This document shows positions 10,309-20,135 of a stretch of DNA of 64,000 nt, piece after piece. Position numbers and translations under genes: made by a program. Location of the stretch: NCBI GenBank assembly GCA_963849325.1, contig CAWKHF010000007.1, positions 224,001-288,000 of the forward strand, given 5' to 3'. Numbering within the stretch: position 1 is the stretch's first letter; every line of letters begins with the position of its first letter. The stretch is from an uncultured Planctomycetota bacterium (lineage in GTDB: Bacteria > Planctomycetota > Planctomycetia > Gemmatales > Gemmataceae). The notes beneath the pieces were generated by a model, which saw nothing but the letters and a program-made list of their open reading frames with translations, was not told the DNA's origin and ran no database searches.

Positions 10309-13223
10309 CTACGGTTGATACGTGATCCACATCGGCGACGCCCAGGCCAGATTGCCGTCCGCCTGCTCGATGCGGACATAATAGTAACTGGTCTTGCCCG
10401 CCTGGGCCTCCATGTCGGTGAAACGCAGCTTGGCCTCGCGTTGCTTGGGTTCGGTGCTGTAGACGTACTTGTTGTCGCGGATGACGTGGACCTTGGCGAT
10501 GGGTGCGGTGCCCTGAACCTGGATCTCCAGCGCCGGCCGTTTCGCCGTGGTGAAACTGTCGCCCATGAGGTGCTCGCCGGAACGTACGTCGAGGACGATG
10601 TTATCGGTGGCGCCGTAACAGTGCCGCTTCTTGAAGGCGTCGATGATGCCCTGGCGCGATACGTCGTCGCTAAGCACCATCGCGTAGCTCATGTGCGTGC
10701 TGACGTGATCGCTGGAGGCCTGGAAGCCGAGGCGATAACCTTTCTCCAGGGCGTTCCAGACGAAGCCCTTGGGCTTGTAGCCGCCGATCTGCGTGTCGGC
10801 CGTCGCCGACCGGGGCATTCCGGAATTTTCGTAATTGTGCCGGTGGCCCTGGTAGATCTCGACGATCGGCTCGACGGTGGGATCGTTGTCGCGCCAGTCG
10901 GTGCCCATGTCGGTGGCGCTGGTGTGCGAGGCGCAGATGGCGCCGAAGTGCTTCAAATAAGCGTACAGCAGTTTGGTGTCCGGTGTGCCCTTCTCCGGCG
11001 TGCCGGCCAGTTCGGTGCGCGGCAGCGGACGGATGCCGGGCCGAGGGAAGATGACGTTGCGATGGCCATTGGGATAGACCACGCTGCGCTCATACACGTG
11101 CATGGCCACGAAACGCGGCGGGTTCTGGAACAACTCGGTGACTTTCTGGAAGTGCCACCACATATACTCGGAACCGAAGCCGTTGTCGTGATCGCCGTTG
11201 CCGATCCAATCCATGTCGGCGGCATCCAGACCGTAGCGCCAGGCGTCTTCGAGGCTGCCGTCCTGATCGTTGTGGGCACTGAATTCGGTATGGCGATGAA
11301 ATTCTCCTCGCAGCAGGTGCAGCTTTTTGCCGCCCGCCTCCAGGCGATACTGGCGCATGTGCGCGATGTCGGCGGTTTCGTCCTTATGGGCGGGCGGCAG
11401 GGTGGCGGCCGGCGCCGGCTCGTCGTCGGTGAGTTGCGGAACGGCGGTCGGTCCCGACGGGTTCAAGACAGCGGCGAACAGGTCGTCCTGATCGCGCATC
11501 TGCGTCCGCAAGCGGGCGTCGCCGCTGTAGACGGCGAGAACGCCGTCGCCCAACGGCGTCAGGGCGGGACGGTTGTCGAGCAGGTCGTCGGAGGACGCCA
11601 GGCGGCGCGTCGGCGACCATTGTCGGCCCTGGTAGCGCAGCGCGTAGCTGTTCCACACTTCGCCGGCGCCGCCCGGCAGAGGATGGTGCCGCAGCAATAG
11701 CCAGATACCGCCGGCCGCGTCCACGGCCAGGCGCGGCAGGCTCTTGTTGCGCTTCAGCGTACCCTCCAGCGCCTGTTGCAAATCGCCGGCCGGCCGCCGC
11801 AGTTTGCCATCCGCCAGGCATTTCACCTGGATCGTCCGATGAATGTACAGGGCGAAGCCGAGGTTTTTGGGTAGACCCTTCGCGACCGGCTGGGCGTTGG
11901 CGTAGTCCTTGCCCCATTGTTCGTCGCCGTCTTCATAAGCGATCCACAAGCGATCCTGTTTGTCGCAAGCGAGCTGCGGTCGGGCCTCGAAGCGCGGCGA
12001 GTTCGCCACGGCGACGATTTCGCCGAGTTGACCGCCCTTGTCCACGGTTCGGAGCAGGACGTCGTAGTTGCCCTTGTCGTAGCTGTCCCAGGCGACGAAG
12101 ACGCGGCCGCGCGAATCGGCGGCGATGGCCGGCGTCCAATCGTTGGCCGAGCTGTGCGAGATGGTCCGCGGCTCTTTCCAGGCATGGCCTTCGACCGGGG
12201 CGGCCAGCAGGATGTCGAAGTTGTCTTTGCGCCAGGCTTGCCAGGCCAGCCAGACCACGCCGGCGGCGTCGGTCGTCGCCACCACGTGAAAATCGGCGCC
12301 CGGCGCGCGCGTGAGGCGAACCGTCTCGGACCACTGGCCGGCTTGCCCGTCCTTGGCCGGCGGCGTGTAACGGCGATAAACGATCTCCCAATCGCCATCG
12401 ATCTGCTGGCTCCAGGCCACCCAGACATCGCCTTTGCCATCGACGGCTACCGTCGGACGCCACACGCGCAGGCCGCCATCGCTAACGTCCAGCGGCGGCG
12501 ACCAAACCTTGCCGTCGAAACGCATCAGCAAGACCTGATCGCCGTTGTCCTTCGGTTCCAGGGCCTCGAAGCCGCCGGCCTTGACGCGCTCCATGAGGAT
12601 CGGCTGTCCCGGCTGGTAGGCGACGTAGGCCAACCAGATGACGCCGTCCTTGCCCTTGGCCAGGACCGGATAATCGTCCTCCGTGTCCGGTTCGGTCAAG
12701 CGCACGGCGCCTTCCTCGCGCTGAACGGAAACCTGCTCTTCCAGAAAGCGCTTGGTGACGCCGATCGAGAGGTCGGCCAACTTGAAGTCGAACTTGCCCG
12801 CCGGGGTTGAAACGCGGACGGTGGCCGATTCGGCGCGTCCAGACGGACGTGCAACCGGGGCCGGACGATGACCGCACGCATCGCCTGTTTGCGGCTGACC
12901 GATCGAGCGCGGAAGCGACCGTCCTCGGTCCTGGTCCGCGAAGCGGGACGAACGACCTCGACCTCTACGACGCGCCCTTCGGAGACCTCGATGGTCCCGT
13001 CCCAGTCGGTGGGTTTGGTGTCTTTCAGCCCCGGAACGATTTCCAGGCTAATCATCCGCGCCGGCATGGCGACGGGCTTCCCGGCGGGCCGGCGTTTCTT
13101 GGCCGCCGGCTGCGCCGGCTTGTCCGCTTCTTTGGGGGCTTGACTGCCAGTGAGGGCGACGACCACGAAAACGACCACGGCGGCCACGGCCGCGAGAGAA
13201 CTCCACCGAACGGAGCGTGTCAT
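10309..13223 (-). CDS. Large exported beta-propeller + PHP-like (DUF3604-type) metallohydrolase; frameshift near 12810
   Basis: GGAGGA SD, signal anchor, repeated PxIAxDxxGxVWVAW blades; GEFHRHT, GDHD, GHRN, GFQASSDH; terminal YYYVRIEQADGNLAWASPMW. Confidence 0.8.
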
Positions 13224-13431
13224 GGCACAATCCTCCCAGGCGAGTTCGCCGTCCCAGAGATGGTCCTTGCGGTCGGCACGGCTCGGCGCGACCATGCCGG
13301 CCTGGATGCGAAACCTTTTCACGAATGAAACTATCGCTGACGGAGGAGAAATGCAAGGATTTCTTACCGGCCGCGGACGGCGATGGATGGCGAGCTGTCC
13401 GTTCCGGGCGATCCGGCGGCGGCAGGCATAT

Positions 13432-14110
13432 TCACCAGTCATTGTCGGGCACTTCGCCGCCGTTGGGGGTGAGGGCGGACCACCAGGTTGATGGAGTCAT
13501 GCCGCCGGCCACGATGCGGACGCTGCCGTCACCCCACGACCAGCGTGTCCTGAGCGGTTTGCGCCACATAAGGAAGACAGGTGCCCAGGGGAGCCGTAGG
13601 TTTGATCTGGAACATCGTCGCGACGCCCACCCGGCCAGGCACCATGCCCGAGTCACTTAGGTTTGTCCGGTAGCCCATGCTCCCGGTCGTGTTGCCGTAG
13701 GCGATCATCGCCATGGGAGCCGCTCCATGGCTCGGCCAGCTGCCGACGGACCACTCGGTTTCTCCCTGTGGGCCGCCGTTTACGTCGGGATTCGCCTTGT
13801 CGTAACACAGGCGGGATTTTTCGGCAACCACGACTGTGTTCGATAGTCCATCGCGGATACGGGTGACAAGACTAGCGCCCGTTCCCTGGCAGTTAGGCGG
13901 AACGTCGCCCATCTCTGGGCTGCCGAACACCTGAAAATTCGCCGCATAGTTACCGAAACCGTATCCATACATAGTCTCCATCGTTTCGGAGGTAGTGTAG
14001 TCGGACGGGCACAGGTAGACCGAGATGGGTAGAGCGGGTCGGCAACGATACCCCTAACCCGTTGGCCTGGTTATACGCGGCGGTCCGCTCAACATACGGC
14101 AAGAGGTGGA
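13432..14110 (-). pseudogene. Truncated, frameshifted DUF1559 (prepilin-type) protein remnant
   Basis: FHLLPYVE, NYAAN, IRDGLSNTVVVAEK, GDGSVR, W..ALTPNGGEV spread over three frames; no N-terminal methylation motif. Confidence 0.75.
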
Positions 14111-14135
14111 AGGCAGGAAAAAAGGTGTCAGGAAC

Positions 14136-15641
14136 GAATGGCGTTCGGTTAAGCCGCATCTTCTTGTGGTGGTGACGTTTGATGCAACAATCTCTCGCGC
14201 AGCGCGGCTCGTGGTTGGTTCATCAAGTCGTAGGGTTTGGCCCGACGTTTCTTCACCCGCGGTTCCACGCGACCGGGACGACACGGTACTACCTGCAGCC
14301 GCGGCAATTCTTCGCCATGCCGCGCTTCCCGCAACCAACGCCACGCATCCGCGAAGCTAATACGTTCTGGTTCCACCTCTTGCTGTCGCGCCGCCTCCAC
14401 CATCACCCGACGCACCAGATTATACACCAGCACGAAGACCAACAGTTCCTTCCACACACCTTGCCACGTCTCACAACGCAGCACGTCCATGCGCAAGGTC
14501 TGTTTCAGGTGACGCAGATTGACTTCCACGCCCCAACGCTTCTCGTACAGCCGAGCCAACACCTCCGGCGGATAACGCCGTCGATCCAACAGCGTTGTCA
14601 CCAGGGTCAACTCCCGCACCCGGCAAGTCGGCGTCCGGATCGGCACACGCACCTCACGGACCACCAGCGACGACGGCAAGGATTCATACTCCTGGCTGTC
14701 CATCCAGGCCGGACACTCGGCTGGCTTAACGTACTCGACGAGTTGATCGTCGCGGCCCAGCCGACGCAGCCAGCGCGAGCGGGGCAAGCCCGCTTCTGCC
14801 TTGCGGGGCTGACGGTTCGGCGCTGACGTGCTTCCGCCGCGGCTTGAAGGAGATGATAAGACGCTGATGGGCACGAAAGAGGCTGAAAACGCCTCGTTGG
14901 TGTCGCATCGCCAGGTGAGCATAGGAGCAGAAAGCGCGATCGCCGGCCACCACGTCGCCAGCCCGCAGTCCGCGGTGGGTCCAGGTCAGGTCGGCCAGGT
15001 CGTGCGTCCGTAACGGTCCCGGCATGACGTTGATCAGATAGCCGGTGTAGGCATGAAACTGCACCAGCAGGTGGGCCGTGGGGAAGCCGCAGCCTTGGGC
15101 CTGCTGGCCACTCTGACCGAAGGCGGCATGCAAGTCGGGCGTGTCCGGCATGGAGAAACTGGAACCATCGAGGAAAAAGACGCGATGACCATGCCACAAG
15201 GCGCGTGGGTCGTTGTCGCTGGAGCGGCAGCGGTCGAGGACGGCGACGCCCAGTCGTTGGAAGAAGGGCACGGGCAGGCGTTGTCGGGCCTCGCAGTAGG
15301 ACGAGTCTGCGAAGGAAAGCTTGGCGAGGCGGCGGAGTTCGGAGACCGAGGTGTTCCCTTCGAGGATTTGGCGGATGAACAAGTGGGTGGTGACCAGGGG
15401 AGTCAGCCGACGCTGACGTCCGCCCAGACGGAGCGCTCGTGCGAGGGAATGGATGAGGGGGGCATCGATCCATTGGGCGGTAGCACCCTTGATGCGTTCG
15501 AGGGCTTGCGACATACTAAGCATGGCGGCCTCCTGAGATGATGAGGTCTGGACAACTCCATCATGGCAGGAGGCTGCCGCCTTTCCAAGATCGTCAGAAG
15601 TTCAAGCAGCGAAAGAGGCTACGCTTAACCGAACGCCATTC
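14136..15641 (-). mobile_element. IS4-family insertion sequence, about 1.5 kb
   Basis: Perfect 19-bp IR GAATGGCGTTCGGTTAAGC (14136-14154, 15623-15641); 11-bp direct repeat GTGTCAGGAAC at 14125-14135 and 15642-15652. Confidence 0.95.
14149..15523 (-). CDS. IS4-family DDE transposase (frameshifted around 14800-14910)
   Basis: FLDGSSFSMPDT, VAGDRAFCSY, LVTTLLD, Y..RWGVEVNLRHLK (YREK motif), RVEPRVKKRR. Confidence 0.9.
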
Positions 15642-15765
15642 GTGTCAGGAACCTTTTTAATACTTTTACCGCCCAAAAAGATCCTGATACCTTGTTGCTC
15701 TCTCTGTCGCTAGCGCAACTCCGATCGCCCCGGAACCACCTCAACACGCCGAGCAGCGTAGGCGG

Positions 15766-16101
15766 TCATAGGGGCGATAAATCCACGTCTAGTTTCTGCC
15801 CGAGGGCTTCCGCCCATTTGTGCAGCGTTGCCAGCGTAGGGTTCAGCATCTTGCCCGTTTCCAAGCGCGACAGGGCCGACGGGTCGATCCCCATGCGCTC
15901 GGCCACCTCGGCCAGAGTCAGCCCCTGGCTTTCCCGTAGAGCTTTGAACCGCGCCAGCAGCCGCAAAATCGCCGCGAAACTCTGTGGATTGACGGCGCCG
16001 GCGGGCCGTTGGCGGATCGGGTTCGCCGCGTGCTGACGGCGAATGGCTTCTTCCTTGGCCCGCTGCTCGGCGGTGCGCTTGAGCTTAATCGTTGGCTTCA
16101 T
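15766..16101 (-). CDS. XRE-family HTH protein, probable antitoxin
   Basis: LRESQGLTLAEVAERMGIDPSALSRLETG...NPTLATL. Confidence 0.85.
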   Translation of the reverse strand: MKPTIKLKRTAEQRAKEEAIRRQHAANPIRQRPAGAVNPQSFAAILRLLARFKALRESQGLTLAEVAERMGIDPSALSRLETGKMLNPTLATLHKWAEALGQKLDVDLSPL

Positions 16102-16105
16102 GGCT

Positions 16106-16387
16106 TTACTCCCTCGGTTCGGGGACGTCGTAGGCGGTAATCGGTCGGATAACGAGCGGATCGACCAGGTTCAGCACGTCGAATACCACAGCAATAAACC
16201 GGCCTGTATCCGTGCTGCCGGACGCGATGGGACGGCCGGACGAGTCGCTCAGATCGAACGTCGTTTTTTCGTCGTAGAGCACGGACTCAACCTCTTCCGG
16301 CGTCAGGCCATGTTCCGCGATGTAGGCCAGATTGCTGCCCGCGTCATCCGGTTCGTCCCAATCGATCACGGCATCGCGTAAGTCCAT
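16106..16387 (-). CDS. BrnT-like toxin
   Basis: IDWDE...NLAYIAEHGLTPEEVESVL...G.TDTGRFIAVVF...IRPITAY; 4 bp upstream of the HTH gene. Confidence 0.7.
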   Translation of the reverse strand: MDLRDAVIDWDEPDDAGSNLAYIAEHGLTPEEVESVLYDEKTTFDLSDSSGRPIASGSTDTGRFIAVVFDVLNLVDPLVIRPITAYDVPEPRE

Positions 16388-16873
16388 GCCTCACCCCGCC
16401 TCCGCCTTGTATTGTAACACAATTGCATTATAACGCAAGATGGAGGAAGATGCGATCGATCCGTTCCGGGCGATCCGGCACGAGCGGAATATCTCCCGCA
16501 GAGGGATGTGCATTATCCGGCCCCCTTGGTGGCTGTCTAGGGACGCTCTGAGGTAGGTTCCTTCCGCCTCGCCCGAGCCACTGGACCTCGGGCCGACCTG
16601 TCCGTCACCCGCTGCCCTCTGCCTTCCGGAATATCTATCTAACCTGTCGCTTTTTTCTTCCCCCGCGCTGTAACCTCGGCCATCGCGCGGCGTATCAGAG
16701 GCGGCGAAGGGACAAGACAACAACGACAACCCCTTCGCCCAACGCCGCCGGGTGGCGGCACGGTCGGGCGACGGTCGCCTGGCCGACTGTTTCGGCCACG
16801 CATCCCGACCGCCGCCGGACACAACGATCCCGGCACGGTGATGCCGCTTTCTCATCAAGGGAGGTTCGCTACC

Positions 16874-17377
16874 ATGGTTCGCATCAAGACTCGTCTGATC
16901 GCCGTGATGTCCTTGCTGGCCCTGCTCGGCGCCGGCGCCTTCAGCCAGGCCCAGTTCGGCGACATCCCCGCCGGCGGGGACTCCGAGCTGCAGCGCTCTC
17001 TGCAAGACCTCGGCTACCAGTACAAAGTCCTCGACGACGGCTCGATCGTCGTGCTGGTCCCGCGAGAGGACGGCCGTCTGACGCCGGCCCTGATCTCGCC
17101 GCGCAAGGCCACGCCCCAGGGGGCCAACTACCGCATCATCATGGTGCAGGTGGCCGAGTACGACGGCCAACCGCCGGCGGAGGTGACGGCCGGCGTGCAG
17201 CGCATCAACGAGGGGCTGACGATGGGTGTGGTCGGGACCGTGCAGGTCAACGGCAAGACGCTCCTCATCTACGGCACTCCGATGCCGGTCAATCCCTCGG
17301 CCTCGGCGCTGGGCCAGTTCCTGCGGAATGCCGTCCGTCAAGCGAGCCAGGTCAAGCGTACCCTCAACGTCGCCTGA
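16874..17377 (+). CDS. Exported hypothetical protein (YbjN/chaperone-like fold possible)
   Basis: GGAGG SD, signal peptide, strong GC3 coding bias. Confidence 0.7.
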   Translation: MVRIKTRLIAVMSLLALLGAGAFSQAQFGDIPAGGDSELQRSLQDLGYQYKVLDDGSIVVLVPREDGRLTPALISPRKATPQGANYRIIMVQVAEYDGQPPAEVTAGVQRINEGLTMGVVGTVQVNGKTLLIYGTPMPVNPSASALGQFLRNAVRQASQVKRTLNVA

Positions 17378-17610
17378 TCCGGTGCGACCGCATCGCCAGG
17401 AGAAAAGCCGGCCGACCGCCTCCATCCGCGAGGCAGTCGGCCGGCTTTCGTGCTTGAAAAGAGTAGGTCGGACCAAACGAAGGCAAAGGACGTGCCGAGA
17501 CCGTTGCCCCGCCGAAGGTGATCCGTTGGCGCGAGGACCGACACGGTATCCGATTTGCTCCTTTTGTAAGGTGAATCAAGCGGACCCTTAACTGGATGAG
17601 GAGGTCTGTC

Positions 17611-18351
17611 ATGCCTTTTTCCGACCAGAGTTACAACCTGCTCGTCGATGTGGACCTGAAACATTGTCGGCTGCCCGCCGCCGTGTGGAACAAGATGGAA
17701 CTATCCCTCTCGCCGCTGGGCGACATGGTGCGGCACTTCCCGGTATCGAAGCTGCACGTTCTCATCAGCTACCGGCACCGGACCACCGACTACACCGTCC
17801 GCACGAGCCTCGTCCTGCCGGGCGACACCCTCGTCAGCAGCGACCACCACCCGCAGGTCCACGCGGCCTTCGAGCACTGCATCGATAACCTCGTGCGCGA
17901 ACTGCGGCGCTACGAGGACCGGCTCGGCGACGTGACGGAGCAGGCCAAGCAAGCGGAGGGCACCCATCATCAGTTGCTTCCTACCATGCCCCCCGACCTG
18001 GAAGCCATCGATGCGGCTGTCCGTGAGGGCGACTACGCCGCCTTCCGCACCGCCCTGTCCGGCTACGACGAGCCGGTACGGGGCCAGCTGGGCCGCTGGG
18101 TCGAGCGCTACCCCGAGGTGGCCGCCCGCATTGGCAAGGGGCTACAGATCGGCGATCTCGTCGAAGACGTCTTCCTCAATGCCTTCGAGGAGTATGATGA
18201 ACGGCCGCGGGAGGTGCGCTTCGGAGACTGGCTGGGTCGTTACATCGACACGGCGATCAAGGCCATGGCCGGCCACCCGGAGCGCGAGATGGAGAACATC
18301 AACATGGTTCGCCTGGCCCGCGCGGCCGTGACTGGTCCCGGGAGCATCTGA
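17611..18351 (+). CDS. HPF/RaiA (ribosome hibernation) domain fused to ECF sigma factor region 2-like domain
   Basis: GAGGAGG SD. N-half: LVLPGDTLVSSDHHPQVHAAFEHCIDNLVRELRRY. C-half: AVREGDYAAF...DLVEDVFLNAFEEY...RFGDWL. Confidence 0.75.
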   Translation: MPFSDQSYNLLVDVDLKHCRLPAAVWNKMELSLSPLGDMVRHFPVSKLHVLISYRHRTTDYTVRTSLVLPGDTLVSSDHHPQVHAAFEHCIDNLVRELRRYEDRLGDVTEQAKQAEGTHHQLLPTMPPDLEAIDAAVREGDYAAFRTALSGYDEPVRGQLGRWVERYPEVAARIGKGLQIGDLVEDVFLNAFEEYDERPREVRFGDWLGRYIDTAIKAMAGHPEREMENINMVRLARAAVTGPGSI

Positions 18352-18375
18352 CCTGCCGTCGATCCGTACTGCTCC

Positions 18376-18801
18376 GAGCCGGAAGCGTAAGCGAAGGAAT
18401 GGCATCCTCGTTTACGCTCTTTGAAGTTGCGCTGAACGCTCGTATGGTACGCCGTGAGTCAGGCCGGGCGACGCGGTTCCAATGGCACCGCGCGGTAGCG
18501 GCCCGCTGCCGGCCGTATTCGCGGTTGGAGTAGCTGCGCACGCCGGGCAGCCGCGTGCCGGTGACCGGCGCGATGAGCAGGCCGAAGTTAAAGCAATGGC
18601 AGGCATGGCGGTGCGCTTTCTTCTGCCTTCGCAGAGAGCTTCGGCCCCTGGGGATGGAGTTGTTGGCTACGGGTGACGTTATCACCCGCCCCAACCGGCG
18701 GAAAGCGGTCCCTTTTTCTCCACCAACAATACTCAACGAGCGTTCAGCGCAACTTCAAAGAGCGTAAGCGAGGGAATGCCCCTCGCTGACGCTGCGGGCT
18801 C
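18376..18801. repeat. Composite REP-like element with 38-bp inverted arms around about 290 bp of non-coding DNA
   Basis: 18406-18443 and 18736-18773 are reverse complements with 1 mismatch. Confidence 0.85.
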
Positions 18802-18894
18802 CGATGGAACCTCGTTTGCGTTGTCCCGGCCCGTCCTTTGGGTACAATCGCAATACCGCCGGAACGCCACCCGCGAAACCACCCGGAGCGACCC

Positions 18895-19996
18895 GTGAAA
18901 CATCTCGGCCTGTATGTCCTCCTCGGTTGCTGCCTGGCGCAAGCCATTCCGATCGCGCCGGCGGCGGACCCCTTCTCCCTCCTCGACGGCGACCGCGTCG
19001 TCCTCATCGGCAGTACCCTGATCGAACGCGAGCAGCGTTACGGGTACTGGGAGACGGCGCTGACGCGGCGCTATCCCGACAAGTCGATCACCTTTCGCAA
19101 CCTCGGCTGGAGCGGCGACACGGTTTTCGGCGATGCCCGTGCCGGCTTCGGTACGCAGCCTGACGGTTTCCGTCATTTGAAAGATCACGTCCTCGCCCTC
19201 AAGCCGACCGTACTCATCATCGGCTATGGCACGAACGAATCGTTCGAGGGGCCGAAGGGATTGCCGCGCTTCGTTAACGGGCTGGAGACGCTGCTGGATA
19301 CCTTCGCTCCGACCAAGGCGCGCGTTGTACTTCTGTCGCCGCTGAAGCAGGAGGATCTCGGCCGGCCGCTGCCTGACCCGACGGAGAACAACAAGAACCT
19401 GCATCTTTACGCCGATGCCATCCGCGCTGTGGCGAGGAAGCGCGGCCATCTCTTCGTCGATCTGTACACCTTGCTCGGCAACGAGAAGCACCCGTTGACG
19501 GACAACGGCGTTCATCTGACGGCTTGGGGTTACTGGCGCTCCGCCGCTATTCTGGAGCGTGCGCTGGGGTTGCCGGAAACAACTCCGCGCCGAAGAATGG
19601 AAGAAGGTAATCGAGGTGGGCGACCATTCACCGCGGATTCAGGCAACGCTTGTCAGACTGCCTTTTCCGCCACCGCCCAAGGAAGGCGCGCCGCCGGCTT
19701 TCCGCTGGCAAAGTCCACTCGTAACGGTGGAAGGAAGACGGCTGGGTCTCGACCTCGACGTTGCCCAAGCCGAGAAGCTGCGCCAGACCATCATCGCCAA
19801 GAACCGCCTCTATTTCTACCGCTGGCGGCCGGAAAACGAGACCTATCTCTTTGGCTTCCGCAAGCACGAACAGGGCCAGAACGCCCGTGAGATCCCGCAG
19901 TTCGATCCGCTCGTCGCCGCGAAAGAAAAAGAAATCGCCAAGCTGCGCGTGCCCGTGCCCCACACCTACGAACGGAAAACGGACAAGAAGAATTAA
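18895..19996 (+). CDS. Exported SGNH/GDSL hydrolase-like protein (frameshift near 19585)
   Basis: [68 protein letters not shown]. Confidence 0.85.
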
Positions 19997-20135
19997 CCAC
20001 AGATGAACACAGATAAACACGGATAAAGACAAGGAGAACGGGATGAACGATTGGCGCCGGCGCGGACGAGGCTTTGCTTGGCTCCCAAAGTTTTTTGGTC
20101 TTATCTGCGTTTATCTGTGTTCATCTGTGGTTAAT
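19992..20135. repeat. CACAGATGAA-type tandem-unit inverted repeat overlapping the start of the next gene
   Basis: Same family as 5959-6090; arms at about 19992-20026 and 20101-20135. Confidence 0.9.

Noticed and set aside
10078-11700. Long antisense ORFs (also 20121..21635, 26389..28047, 51427..53343, 61988..63535)
   Set aside because: Shadow frames of real genes in high-GC DNA, with no motifs or RBS.
14780-14930. Programmed frameshift in the IS4 transposase
   Set aside because: IS4 transposases are single ORFs, no slippery heptamer is evident, and indels are common throughout the window.
16391-16870. ncRNA or riboswitch in the long intergenic region
   Set aside because: Some GC stems but no recognisable conserved motif; cannot be supported by eye.
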